Counted from the first letter of the stretch, positions 1 through 10,251 are shown. The stretch is DNA of 62,272 nt from Ectothiorhodospiraceae bacterium (GCA_007130525.1 SLSJ01000027.1:1-62272), one strand, 5' to 3'. Program-made: numbers and translations. The notes: a model not told the origin generated them from the sequence alone.

Positions 1-146
1 GGGTCGGCAAGAGACCGCCACCCCAAGAGCCACGCATCCGCACCGACCCCGCTTGCGGAGCATTCAGGAGGGGTTCATCACACCGGGATGATCATGAAAC
101 CGCGCCCCGCGGCTAACCAGCCTACGGATCCAGAGGAGCCAACATC

Positions 147-398
147 ATGAAATCCATGACCATCCCCGCCGCCACCCTCGCCCTGATCCTCGCCGCTTCC
201 ATGAGCACGACCGGCTGCCTTTCGCGCAGCGCGGCGGGAGGCGCGGTGGTCGGCGGCGCCGCAATCGGCGGTGCATACGAATATCAAAACAAGCGCGCGC
301 TCGACGCCCTCGAGGATGAATACCGCCGGGGACTGATCACCCGTTCCGAGTACGAACGCCGCAAGGACGAGACCAGCCGTCGCTCGCTGATTTACTGA
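147..398 (+). CDS. Small lipoprotein with glycine-zipper and SHOCT-like C-terminus
   Basis: GAGGAG RBS; hydrophobic signal ending TTGC; AAGGAVVGGAAIGG glycine zipper; GLITRSEYERRK SHOCT-like tail. Confidence 0.7.
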   Translation: MKSMTIPAATLALILAASMSTTGCLSRSAAGGAVVGGAAIGGAYEYQNKRALDALEDEYRRGLITRSEYERRKDETSRRSLIY

Positions 399-592
399 TT
401 GCCGCTCAGGCACCCGCCCGAGCGCAGCGGCGGCTGGGTGCCGGAAACAAACGGTCGAGGAGGGCAAGCTTCAGGTTAACGTCCAACGGTCGCAGCCCAC
501 CCTCTACCGCTGCTTGATGGTTCAGGGCCGCACACCCTGCCTCCAGTCGGACCATGCTCATGTTTCCTCAACCACGAACGAGGAGACCGTCC

Positions 593-1087
593 ATGAACGA
601 CAGTGAAATGACCGTTGCCTATCGCCCTGCCCCCTGGAATAAGGGAAAGCTGATCGGCCAGAAGCCCCCGCTCAAGCTCCGAGAGATCTGGGCCCTGCGC
701 ACCCGGCTCGAGATGGCCGGGAAAGCCAAGGAACTCGCCCTGTTCAACCTGGCGATCGACAGCAAGCTCCGGGGCTGCGATCTCGTGCAGTTGCAAGTCA
801 ACGATGTGGCACGCGGTGGTGAAGTGCTGACCCGCGCCAGCGTGGTCCAGCAGAAGACCGGTGAACCCGTCCGCTTCGAGCTCACCGACCTGACCCGGAT
901 CGCGGTTGCCGCCTGGATCGCCAAAGCCAGCCTGGCCAGCGGCAGCTACCTGTTTCCGAGCCGGCAGCATGAATCGCTCCATCTCTCTGTCCGGCAGTAC
1001 GCACGGATCCTGAAGCGATGGGTCGCCCTGATCGGCGGCAACCCACAGGAGTATGGGCCATCGCGGATGAACCCGCTCTCTCCCTGA
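593..1087 (+). pseudogene. Tyrosine recombinase/integrase, C-terminally truncated
   Basis: AGGAG RBS before ATG 593; PWNKGKLIGQKPPLK, LAIDSKLRGCDL (catalytic Arg box), QQKTG; similarity to the second copy stops at QEYG, before HxxR and the catalytic Tyr. Confidence 0.85.
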
Positions 1088-1113
1088 TCTCTTAAAACGT
1101 TGAGGCAGCGGCG

Positions 1114-2547
1114 TCAAGGAAGCGCGAGCCGAGTGTTGACCGACACGCCACGGTATTCCAATGACTCCGGGACCACACCCTCCGCCGCGCGATACACCAG
1201 ATGAAAACGACGCGAGTCACCGCCCGCCGGCAGCCAGAACGGCTCGGCCAGCATCATCGGTCCCGCATTGAAGATGCCCACGAACTCGGCCAGTTCCCCG
1301 CCATCGGTGACCAGATCGACCCGGCTCGAGATGCTCATCATTCCCCCGACCGCGCTGGTGTTGCGCATGGAGGCATCGAGGACCAGCAGCTGTTCGTTCG
1401 CAGGGGCGGCGACACCGCCGAATGTGTCGGTCCGATCCACCGCATGCAGCGTGAACGGCGTGGGTACGTCCTCGATCAGGCCGAGCGGCTTTCCCGAGTG
1501 CGGCGCGACCCGCTGCCCCTCGAGCGCAAACATCATCGACTCGGGGATGGGCTCATCGATTCCCGGCCCACGAAACTCTGGAAAGTGGACCTCAAGCATC
1601 ACTGACTCAGAGCCTTCGGGAACGGGAAATACGCCCACGCCGCCAGCCATGGCATCCGGCAGAAACGCCGGCTCCGCGGACAGCGTGCCGAGTTCCGGAT
1701 CGCGCACGAACGCATGCTCGCCATCGACCACGACCTGCAACAGCCCCTGGGCCTCCACGTACTCCATGACCTTTGGCAGGCGCACCCGCGCCTCCGGACT
1801 CGCCTCTCGATCGAGCGCCAGGGCATCTGCGTCGATGGACCAAAACCCGCGGCCGCGCAGATCTACGGCCAGCCACGTCATGCCATCGGGCGCCGCCCGC
1901 CCGTTCCATTCCCGCGTCGACTCCACGCCAAAGACGCCGATTTCCATCAGATCGTTGGCCTGGACTGACTGGTCCAGCGCCTGGGGCCTCTCGCCTGCCG
2001 TCTCGCCGAGCAACGCGATCACCACCGGCGCGTACTGGTCGTGGTAGTAGCGCAGTGAAAGGGATTCCACGCCGGCCGCAGGCACCGCATAGACCATACG
2101 GCCTTCAATCTGCTCGCCCCAACGCGACAGCACAAAGTTGTTGGGTATGGCGCCGGCCTCGGCGTCCCCGAACAGGGCTCGCCGCGATACTTGATGGCCG
2201 TTGACCAGCAGGTAGAGCTGCCGACTCAGGGAGGCAACCAGGAGGTCTTCGCGGTAGTCGAGATCGTAGAGCAGATCCACCGGCATGCGGTTCTCCACGG
2301 CCAGGTCCAGCACCAACCAGCGCTGGCCGGGTGGCGCGCCATGGCCTGCATGGTCGGCCCTCAGTTCCGCTCGGCTAACTGAAAAACGAAAAGCCCGGTT
2401 GCAACCTTCGGCGGCCAGGGCGATCGGCCTTCCGACCGAAGCCAGGTCAGCCGGGTTCAGCTGCCCAGGCGCGGCTTGAGCCAGCACGCCGAAGCCGAGA
2501 ATCAACGCAAGCAGCAGCACCCGCACACGCACGCTCGTCAGATCCAT
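1114..2547 (-). CDS. Secreted protein with three internal Ig-like (DUF4352-like) repeats
   Basis: Signal peptide (RVRVLLLALILGFGVLAQA); three modules starting GAPPGQRWLVLDL, AAPDGMTWLAVDL, AAPANEQLLVLDA; 9 bp downstream of the upstream gene. Confidence 0.7.
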   Translation of the reverse strand: MDLTSVRVRVLLLALILGFGVLAQAAPGQLNPADLASVGRPIALAAEGCNRAFRFSVSRAELRADHAGHGAPPGQRWLVLDLAVENRMPVDLLYDLDYREDLLVASLSRQLYLLVNGHQVSRRALFGDAEAGAIPNNFVLSRWGEQIEGRMVYAVPAAGVESLSLRYYHDQYAPVVIALLGETAGERPQALDQSVQANDLMEIGVFGVESTREWNGRAAPDGMTWLAVDLRGRGFWSIDADALALDREASPEARVRLPKVMEYVEAQGLLQVVVDGEHAFVRDPELGTLSAEPAFLPDAMAGGVGVFPVPEGSESVMLEVHFPEFRGPGIDEPIPESMMFALEGQRVAPHSGKPLGLIEDVPTPFTLHAVDRTDTFGGVAAPANEQLLVLDASMRNTSAVGGMMSISSRVDLVTDGGELAEFVGIFNAGPMMLAEPFWLPAGGDSRRFHLVYRAAEGVVPESLEYRGVSVNTRLALP

Positions 2548-2556
2548 GGGATTCCC

Positions 2557-4932
2557 TCAGCAGCCCGGTGAAAGTTCGTTGACGCCGGCGCCGCTCGCCT
2601 TGCCGATGGCCTCGCCCACAGCGAGCTGGTAGACCTTCGACTCGGGCATCAGCCCGATGATCTCCAGGCGGGTTTCGTAGAGTTTGCCGAGGCCCTTGTT
2701 CACCAGCACCTTGGCACCGGCCTCCTTGATGCAGCACTGCATCGCTTCCGGAGACTTGTCCGGGATCAGGCACTGCCAGACGGTCAGCGTGAACGACACC
2801 GCCGAAGACGCGGTGTTGATCGCCTTCCACTGGGTAATGATCGCTTCGGTCATCTGCCCGCGACCATCCGGACCGAGCCCCAGCGTGGCTCCCGTCGCCG
2901 GATCCACGCGCCACCAGGTGACCGGCGCACCGGCCGCGGGATCCGCCGGGAGGACCGCCCGATGGCCCCCTGCCAGCGCCTGTCCGACATGCGCGGCGGT
3001 ATCGGGGGCGAGGCCGTCGACCGCATCGAGTCGATCGATCAACAACCAGCTCCTGCCCGCAGCCAGCGCCTCGCCATAATCCAGGCTGGTATTCACCACC
3101 GCGCCCTCGGTCACCAGCAGTTCGGCTTCCAATACCGTATCGAGCACGCCCTGGTCCAAGCGGATCCGGCGCGCCTCAGCACCGCTTGCACCGACCACGT
3201 CCACCCGATTATCAATGATGTCGAAGCCGCGGGTCAGGACCGGCCCGTCCTCGGATGCCGTGATGTTTTCGAAGACGGTAATCAGGTTCATGCTCGTCAG
3301 CGCCACGGCCTCCGCGTGCGGGCTCAGGGCCCGGCGAGCGAATGCCAGCGTGACCAGGTCGGAGGGCGCCATGGCCATGCGTTCGACCGCGGCTCCGACC
3401 AGTGCCGGGCTGTCACGCCGGATCGCGTGCACCGCGCCGAGCACGGCCTGACGGTTCAAGCCGACGTCGTAGAGCAGATGTCCGACGGCATATTCCGCAG
3501 GCCACCAGCTGCGCTGCACGAGCATTTCGGTGGACGAGAACATGTCGAGCGCCCGGGCCTCGCGCAGCGTGTCGGTGAATTCGAAATTGCGCGCCCCACG
3601 CCCGGCGCGCCGGTCTGGGCCGAGCATGTCCATCAGCGAGCGCTCGAAGGTCTTCTCGGGCCGCCCGGGGGCTGCGACGGTCAGGCGCAGGAAGACCGCG
3701 GTCAGCTCCGTGGACGCCCGGCGCCGATCGGCGCCCCGGCCGAGCTGGCCGAGCATCCCGGACGCCTCCTCCATGGTCTCTGCCTGGGCCGATCGGATCC
3801 CCTGATCGGCGACGGTACCGTTGGCGAGGATGATCTTGTCGGTGATCGACTCACCATCGATGACGAGAAACGGGATCCATTGCCTCTCTTCGATGAGCTG
3901 TCGCCCCAGCGCATCGTGGCTTCCGCTGGTCGCCACCCCCGCTGCGTCCGGCATACCGAGGGGATGCAGCTCCAGCGGAAAGGGCTTGCCGGGAAGGTCC
4001 ATCGCCGCCACTTCATGGCTCAGCGCGGTATCTTCCCTGAGTCGACGATTGTCCAGCCGCTCGGCGACCACCTCGATGCTCAGCCGGTGTTGTACGTCCG
4101 CAGGCAACTCGTCCGGCCAGATGGTCTCGACCGCGCCATCGTGCAACCGCTCGCCGGCCTGGTGTTCGGGCAACGACGGATCGAGGTCCTGCCAGCCGCT
4201 CCCGCGGCGTACCTGGACCCACCAGTGATCGGCGAGCGCCGCATGCCGCGCATCCGCATCGTCCGAAGCGGGCTCGTAGGCCTCCAGGTGCGTTGCCAGG
4301 GCCCGGCTCTGGGCGGCCACCTTGTCCGCCACCTGCTGCGCGAAGCCTTCCGCATGCGCCTCCAGGGCCCGCACCTGACGGGTCATGGCGTCCGGATCGG
4401 CGTTCAGCCGGCGGGCCAAAGCTGGCGGTACGCCAGCCGCCGAGGCGGCGTTCGCTGGCCGGCCAAGCAACGGTTTAGTCAGATCCGGCAGCCGTGCAAG
4501 GGCTGCATCGTCGAGCGTCGCCCGGCCTAGACGTACCTCGTAGTCTGCCTCCTCCAGCAGAGCCGCCAGCAGCAGGGCCCGATCGAGATGACTGCCGGAC
4601 CGGTCCAGCAGAGTGCCCAACCCCCCGCGCAGGGCGCCCTGGTAGGGCAGCAGCCGGGTGTGATCGCGCACCCACGCGAACAACGCCGCCGGATCGTCGC
4701 CGATGACCGCCTGCCTGGCCGCCACGTCGAACTCCTCGACCGGTGCCAGATCGAGGGCGACGTCCACCGCTCGATAGAATTCATTCAACTGAATTTCCAG
4801 CGCGTGAAAACGATCGACCGGCTCGGTTGAACAACCCGCCGACAGCGCGCCAGGCCCGGCGAGCCCGAGCAGCAGCACGGCGCCCGCGGCCAGGCAGCAG
4901 CGGCATGAACGGTGAGTAACAGCAATCTTCAC
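2557..4932 (-). CDS. Exported transglutaminase-like protein, catalytic Cys absent, with distinct C-terminal tip
   Basis: Signal-like N-terminus; LFAWVRD..PYQG..GSHLDRALLLAALL, HWWVQV and WQDLDP match the transglutaminase core pattern; WWRVDPATGATLG motif precedes a 98-aa tip. Confidence 0.7.
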   Translation of the reverse strand: MKIAVTHRSCRCCLAAGAVLLLGLAGPGALSAGCSTEPVDRFHALEIQLNEFYRAVDVALDLAPVEEFDVAARQAVIGDDPAALFAWVRDHTRLLPYQGALRGGLGTLLDRSGSHLDRALLLAALLEEADYEVRLGRATLDDAALARLPDLTKPLLGRPANAASAAGVPPALARRLNADPDAMTRQVRALEAHAEGFAQQVADKVAAQSRALATHLEAYEPASDDADARHAALADHWWVQVRRGSGWQDLDPSLPEHQAGERLHDGAVETIWPDELPADVQHRLSIEVVAERLDNRRLREDTALSHEVAAMDLPGKPFPLELHPLGMPDAAGVATSGSHDALGRQLIEERQWIPFLVIDGESITDKIILANGTVADQGIRSAQAETMEEASGMLGQLGRGADRRRASTELTAVFLRLTVAAPGRPEKTFERSLMDMLGPDRRAGRGARNFEFTDTLREARALDMFSSTEMLVQRSWWPAEYAVGHLLYDVGLNRQAVLGAVHAIRRDSPALVGAAVERMAMAPSDLVTLAFARRALSPHAEAVALTSMNLITVFENITASEDGPVLTRGFDIIDNRVDVVGASGAEARRIRLDQGVLDTVLEAELLVTEGAVVNTSLDYGEALAAGRSWLLIDRLDAVDGLAPDTAAHVGQALAGGHRAVLPADPAAGAPVTWWRVDPATGATLGLGPDGRGQMTEAIITQWKAINTASSAVSFTLTVWQCLIPDKSPEAMQCCIKEAGAKVLVNKGLGKLYETRLEIIGLMPESKVYQLAVGEAIGKASGAGVNELSPGC

Positions 4933-4956
4933 GTCGAGGCCTCCCGGCTCAGGGTT

Positions 4957-7900
4957 TCAACGGTCGGACAGGCGCACCTCCAGCGCCTGTCCCGGCGCGA
5001 TGTCGACCGTCTTGCGATACTCGCCATCGCTGGTATCGACGACGATTTCGTAGGTCCCGGGCGGCAGCGTCGAGGGCTCGCCATCCACCCGGCTCCGCGC
5101 CGCTTCCCGGCCGGTGGCATCGAGCACACGGAACCTCGCCGCCAGCGCGTTGATCAGTCCTTCGACCAGCTCGTCACCATCCTGGCTGTCGAAGTACTCG
5201 CCGCCGCCGGCCATTGCGTAGCGCATGAAGTCGGCCTGCAGCTCGACCTCGTCGATATGGAAGCCGACGATGTTCAGCCGAACATCGAGCCCCTCGCTCA
5301 CCAGCCCGGCTACGGCCTGCCCGACATCCCCCTCGCAGGTTTCCTCGCCGTCGGTGAGCATCACCACCAGCCGCTGCCGGTCATCAAAGTCCGCGAGGTC
5401 ATCGAGGACGGCTTCCAGGGACGCAGCCAGCGGTGTACGCGCCAGGTTGATCGCACGGATGTCGTCGACGGCAGCGCGCACCGCGTTGTGGTTGTCCACG
5501 GACGGAGGCACCAGCAGTTCGGTCTCGCAACTGTGGGGCTCGGTGTGTCCGTACGCCCGGAACGCAATGGGTACCTGCGCGGGAATCCGATCGTCGAGCA
5601 CTTCGCGGACGATGCGCCTGGCGACGTCGATGCGCCGGCCGCCCTGCATCCGCCGCAGCATGGAACCGGAGGCATCGAAGATCAGGTGAATCACGCCCGC
5701 GCCCACGGCCGGCGTAGCGCCGCTGACCACGGTGAGTTGGCCGTCTTCGGGCGGGTCCTGATAGCGGGCCTCGGCAGCGAGGGTGAAGGCACTGGGTCGA
5801 CGAATCAGGCGCATCGCTCGCTGCATGGCGCGGTGGACGTCGTCTTCAGTGAGCGCGTAGGTGTATTCGCCACCGCCGACGTTGGCCCAGCCGCGCATGA
5901 TCTGCTGATAGCCACGGTGCTCGGCGATGTCGTTGCGCCCGCCGTTGGTGACCTCGATCGCGAAGACCCGCGGCCTGACCCGCTCCAGGTCATCCCACAG
6001 GGTCATGTCCAGGCCGAAGAACTCAACGTCGGCGATCAGGAAGACGATCTTCTCGCCCTTGCGGCCTTCCATCGCCCGGCTCACCTGCCCCAGCGCCGTG
6101 TGGGCAGCCGAACTCGTGAAGCGATGGTCGTAGCGGGCCATGCCCTGGATCATCTGCTGCGGGGTCTCGGCCCAGCCGCGGATGATCGGCGGACCGCCGA
6201 GGGCCAGGTAGTTGCCCACCTCCTGCCCCGGGATCAGCCCTTCGCCGGCCGTCTTGAGCGCCCGATGGATCGCCGGCTGCGCGAGATCGACGCTGATGCT
6301 CTCGTCCCACATGTACATGATCGAGCGCGGCGGCTCCTCCACGTCCAGGCGGTAGCTGCCGGGCTCGCGGCCGACCGCCTCGCCGATCCGGCGGCCGAGA
6401 TCGTCGGTCCGCCAACTCACCGGCACTTCCTCTCCGGCCGCATCGAACAGCGTGAGCAGCAGACGTTCGGGCATGGCCTCCTCGACCTCGAAGGCCAGGG
6501 TGTTGTCGGGAGCCTCGAGAACGACCCTGTAGCTGCGGACATCACCCGGGTGCGCCATCTGCGCCTTCACCCGCCCATCGAGCGGCCATGGATCCTCGGG
6601 ACTCGAGGCCTCGTCGTCGATGGCCACGATCGGCTCGGGCGCATCGAACTGGCGCTCGAACGGGCCAGTGCCCCGGTAATGGCCCCAGTAGCCGAGAATG
6701 GAAGCCCGGCTGTCGAGGCGGTCCGCCTCGAAGGCCTCGATCGCAAGCGGCAGGCGCCAGCCCCTCTCCTCACGAGTTCTACCTTGCTCGGGCAACTCGA
6801 TCTCGAGGCGCAGATATCGCGCCCAGACCGGCTCGTCGAACGCCAGCTCCGCGACGCCGTCATCGTCCCGCTCCAGCGCCCAGGCCGCCTGCTCCGTCCA
6901 CGGACCCACCGGGGAGCGCGTCCCCGTGGAGACGCGGACGGATTCGGCGGGCAGACCGGCCCACTCCAGGTCTTCTCGCCAGGTCATCCCTTCGATGCGC
7001 GCGGCGCGATGCTGATGCATCGCAAACACCACCTCGACGGTGTGACCGGTGATGGGGACCGGCCGTCCTTCCTGGCTGTGGTCGGGAAATTCGTAGAGCC
7101 GGCTCTGGTCCGGGCGCGAATAGACCCAATGCCCACCCAGCTCCGGATCGAGCAGGTTGGTCCGGGTATCATCGCTGTCGCCGGCCGCGGGAATGCCGAG
7201 GGCCTTGAACAGCCCCGTGCCATGAACGCGGGCGCGGCTACCCCAGATGTCGAGGGGCCGGATCTCGAGATAGCGCGCACGGACCGGCTCGTCGAGAAAG
7301 AAGTACTGCTGGCCGTTCGCCGAAGCGAGCTCCACAGTCTTCAGAGGCTCGAACTGCTGACCGTCTTCGCTGTAGCGGATCTCCACCCGCCGCCAGCGGT
7401 CGAGGGGGCCGTAGCTCGAACGCTGGTTGAAGGTCAGGGCATGAATCGCGCCGCCGTCGCCGGCGAGGCGCAGCGGCGGCAGCGCCTCGCCCTCGCCGCG
7501 GGCCTCGATGGAAATGCCGTCGATCGACAGGCCGTCGATGAGGAAGTGAGGGTAGAGAACACGGCCCCGGTAGCGGTCGCCCACCGGCTCGCCGGTGTCC
7601 GGGTCGACGAACCGCGCGCCAAGCCCGTGCCAGGCCAGGTTGACCAGCCCGGCGAGTTCCTCGGGAAACCCCGGCTCGACCAGTGGCGCCACCGGCGGGG
7701 CATCGGCGTCGAGGGCAAACGTGGCCCCAGCCACCTGACCTCCGGCCGAGACATGGACCGCGAACGGGAGGTCATCGCTCGATTCGGCAGGCAGGCGCCA
7801 CTGGGGTTCGAGGACCTTGCTGACGCCGGGCGCCAGCTGGATCGCGTCCGGAAGGCCGTCGACCTGCCAGCCCTCGTGGCTGGCGTGGGCGTGCAGGGGT

Positions 7901-10251
7901 ACGGTGACCTCGACCTCGCCAGGATTGGTGAGCGCGAGCCGAGCAGTCAGGCGCTGTGCATGGGGATACCAGGCGGCGGCTCGCTCCACATTGACCTCGA
8001 AGGCGACCTCCAGCGGCACGGCCGGCAGCTCAGGCAGCGCCGGGTCGTCCACCTGCATCGTCCAGGCGCGCCCGGATACCACCGTCAGGTACCATTGCTC
8101 GTCCCCGGGCAACTCAGCGGTGTAGGCGCCCTCGGCGTCTGTCGGCACGACCTCGAGCTCATTACCGTTCCCATCCCGGATCTCGATGCCCTGGTAACTG
8201 CCTTCCACCATCAGCGTCACCGCCCGGCTCGACGGGTCCCGCGGGAAGCGCAGCAGCGTCTCGCGGGCATTGAGATCGACGAGATCGTTGGCAATACGCC
8301 CGTCGGGCGGAATCAGCGCCGCCAGCGAGGGCACGTCGAAAAAGCGAGTGCCAGGGTGCCAGGTCCAGGGATCCGCCAGTTCCAGATCGACGGCATAATC
8401 GACCGCTTCCACCTGCGAACCGGAAAGTCGCAAGTAATAGTCACCCGGTGGCAGGTACTGACTCAGCCGCAGCGGCGTCCGCACGCTACGCGCCGACATG
8501 ACGGTGGCCCCTTCCCATTCCAGGCTCGCGCCAAGTGAGCCGTCTGCCTCGGGTTCGACCCCGAGCCGCACGTGGTTCCAGCCGGGTAGATGAAAATGCA
8601 GGTAGTCGCGATCGCTGCGGGCGTGCAGTCGGCCGCGCATGGGTTGTCCGGGGCGCAGGCTGTTGGCCGTATGATGGGTATCGTTCGGCTCGCTGGCATA
8701 GCTGGCCGTCGGTTCGCCCATGGGGGTGGCCGCCAGGCGAAATTCGGAATCTTCGCCGGAAAGCCTGACGAGATATCGGCCTGGTTCCAGCAACAGGCGA
8801 TCAATCTGCCAGCGCGGCTCAGGCCGCCTGGATGCTGCCTGAGCGACGAACCCGGCCTCTCCCTCCCGTTCGATACGAAGACGATCCAGCGCATCGCCCT
8901 CGGCCACGAACGACCACCACTGCCGGCGTGTCGTAATCACGAGCTCGAACCAGGCCTCGGAATCGCCATCGATATGGCCCGCGACGACCTCTCCCGGCGG
9001 CAGCGTCAACGCCCAGTCACGTGCCTCGAACGGTTTTCGCGCATGTCCCTCGGGGGTTGGCGCACCGGGACTCATGCGCACCCTGTAGTCGGCCTCGAAG
9101 CGGGATCGCTCCGCGCTCAGGTTGAGGAAATACTCGCCGGCATCGAGCCAGATGCCGTGGAAGCGGACCGCTTCCTCCCCGGAACGGCAGATCTCGCCGC
9201 GGCCGTCGATCTCGCCGAGGCAGGCGGTCATGGCGTCACCGTCGATCTCCACCGTGATGTCGAGCGGCGTGGATGTCTGCGCCTCACTCACGGTGAACGC
9301 CACGAAGTCTCGGTCCCGACCCGCCACCTGGCCACTGAAACCCTCACTCAGATCCGCCCAGTTGGCGTCCTCCAGACTGTTGTTGGGCTCCTCCTCGAGT
9401 TGCCCGATGATGCGGCCGTCCGCCGCCAGCGCCACGCGGGCGCGACCCACCGCCGCTCCGTCCGCTGACGCCATGACCAGCCGGCTGCCTTCACCGATCG
9501 CGAGACGGGACCAGCGCTGGCGCGGCGGCTGCATCGCCCGCCGTTCGCCCACCACATCCCCGGCCGCATTTTCCACCCAGGCTTCCACCGCGGCACCGAG
9601 TTCATGGTCCACGACCAGCCGCCAGACGCTGCCGTCGCGGGCGTCAGCATCGGGCTCGAGCGGGATCTCGTGGCGTGGACCCTCGAGCTGATAGATGCGG
9701 TCGCGGCCTTCCGAAGTAGCCACCAGCGGCGGACCACCGACCTGCCCGATCTGCCCCCGGCGGACAGACAAGGTGTCGCCGGTCGCCAGGGTGACCTGGT
9801 AGGCAACCGGCGGCCCATCGGATTTCAGTTTCAGCAATACCTCTCCGGCGGGAACGATCACGCCGGCCATGCGCGCAACCGGCTGGTCGGCGGACGTCTG
9901 CATCTTCAGAAGCGGCGTACTTTCAGGCGCTGCTGCGGGCGCAGCGCCGAACTCCGTGACGGCTGCGCTCTCCGTCTCCGCAGGCCGGCTCAGCGTCAGC
10001 CGGATGTTGCCCTCACCCTCGAGCTCCAGCATCCAGTCCCGATCGGTCTCGGCATCGTCGAGGGCCCACCAGAAATAGGCCGGGTCGTTCGCAGCGACCT
10101 CGCCGACCAATCGCGCCTGGCCGCGAACGGACTGCGCCTCGTCCGCCGTATTGTTGGGCTCACGCTCGAACAACACGCGTGGATAGCCGGCATGAACCTC
10201 GACCATCACGTTGAAAACGAACAGCAGCAGCACGAAAAAAATAACAGGCAT
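4957..10251 (-). CDS. Giant secreted multidomain protein: EPNN/PPC-like repeats, discoidin-like domains, two vWA domains
   Basis: Signal peptide; EREPNN, EEEPNN, ASEPND repeats; two 'EPVxARYL' discoidin-like motifs; MIDAS motifs DESIS and DASGS..TPL..LTDGEETC; C-terminal LPPGTYEIVV strand. Confidence 0.8.
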   Translation of the reverse strand: MPVIFFVLLLFVFNVMVEVHAGYPRVLFEREPNNTADEAQSVRGQARLVGEVAANDPAYFWWALDDAETDRDWMLELEGEGNIRLTLSRPAETESAAVTEFGAAPAAAPESTPLLKMQTSADQPVARMAGVIVPAGEVLLKLKSDGPPVAYQVTLATGDTLSVRRGQIGQVGGPPLVATSEGRDRIYQLEGPRHEIPLEPDADARDGSVWRLVVDHELGAAVEAWVENAAGDVVGERRAMQPPRQRWSRLAIGEGSRLVMASADGAAVGRARVALAADGRIIGQLEEEPNNSLEDANWADLSEGFSGQVAGRDRDFVAFTVSEAQTSTPLDITVEIDGDAMTACLGEIDGRGEICRSGEEAVRFHGIWLDAGEYFLNLSAERSRFEADYRVRMSPGAPTPEGHARKPFEARDWALTLPPGEVVAGHIDGDSEAWFELVITTRRQWWSFVAEGDALDRLRIEREGEAGFVAQAASRRPEPRWQIDRLLLEPGRYLVRLSGEDSEFRLAATPMGEPTASYASEPNDTHHTANSLRPGQPMRGRLHARSDRDYLHFHLPGWNHVRLGVEPEADGSLGASLEWEGATVMSARSVRTPLRLSQYLPPGDYYLRLSGSQVEAVDYAVDLELADPWTWHPGTRFFDVPSLAALIPPDGRIANDLVDLNARETLLRFPRDPSSRAVTLMVEGSYQGIEIRDGNGNELEVVPTDAEGAYTAELPGDEQWYLTVVSGRAWTMQVDDPALPELPAVPLEVAFEVNVERAAAWYPHAQRLTARLALTNPGEVEVTVPLHAHASHEGWQVDGLPDAIQLAPGVSKVLEPQWRLPAESSDDLPFAVHVSAGGQVAGATFALDADAPPVAPLVEPGFPEELAGLVNLAWHGLGARFVDPDTGEPVGDRYRGRVLYPHFLIDGLSIDGISIEARGEGEALPPLRLAGDGGAIHALTFNQRSSYGPLDRWRRVEIRYSEDGQQFEPLKTVELASANGQQYFFLDEPVRARYLEIRPLDIWGSRARVHGTGLFKALGIPAAGDSDDTRTNLLDPELGGHWVYSRPDQSRLYEFPDHSQEGRPVPITGHTVEVVFAMHQHRAARIEGMTWREDLEWAGLPAESVRVSTGTRSPVGPWTEQAAWALERDDDGVAELAFDEPVWARYLRLEIELPEQGRTREERGWRLPLAIEAFEADRLDSRASILGYWGHYRGTGPFERQFDAPEPIVAIDDEASSPEDPWPLDGRVKAQMAHPGDVRSYRVVLEAPDNTLAFEVEEAMPERLLLTLFDAAGEEVPVSWRTDDLGRRIGEAVGREPGSYRLDVEEPPRSIMYMWDESISVDLAQPAIHRALKTAGEGLIPGQEVGNYLALGGPPIIRGWAETPQQMIQGMARYDHRFTSSAAHTALGQVSRAMEGRKGEKIVFLIADVEFFGLDMTLWDDLERVRPRVFAIEVTNGGRNDIAEHRGYQQIMRGWANVGGGEYTYALTEDDVHRAMQRAMRLIRRPSAFTLAAEARYQDPPEDGQLTVVSGATPAVGAGVIHLIFDASGSMLRRMQGGRRIDVARRIVREVLDDRIPAQVPIAFRAYGHTEPHSCETELLVPPSVDNHNAVRAAVDDIRAINLARTPLAASLEAVLDDLADFDDRQRLVVMLTDGEETCEGDVGQAVAGLVSEGLDVRLNIVGFHIDEVELQADFMRYAMAGGGEYFDSQDGDELVEGLINALAARFRVLDATGREAARSRVDGEPSTLPPGTYEIVVDTSDGEYRKTVDIAPGQALEVRLSDR

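Noticed and set aside
4912-8538. 1208-aa plus-strand ORF, and similar long antisense ORFs (2962-4530, 24326-25723, 55219-56880, 59586-60764)
   Set aside because: Shadow frames opposite genes with clear motifs; expected from high-GC codon bias; no recognisable domains
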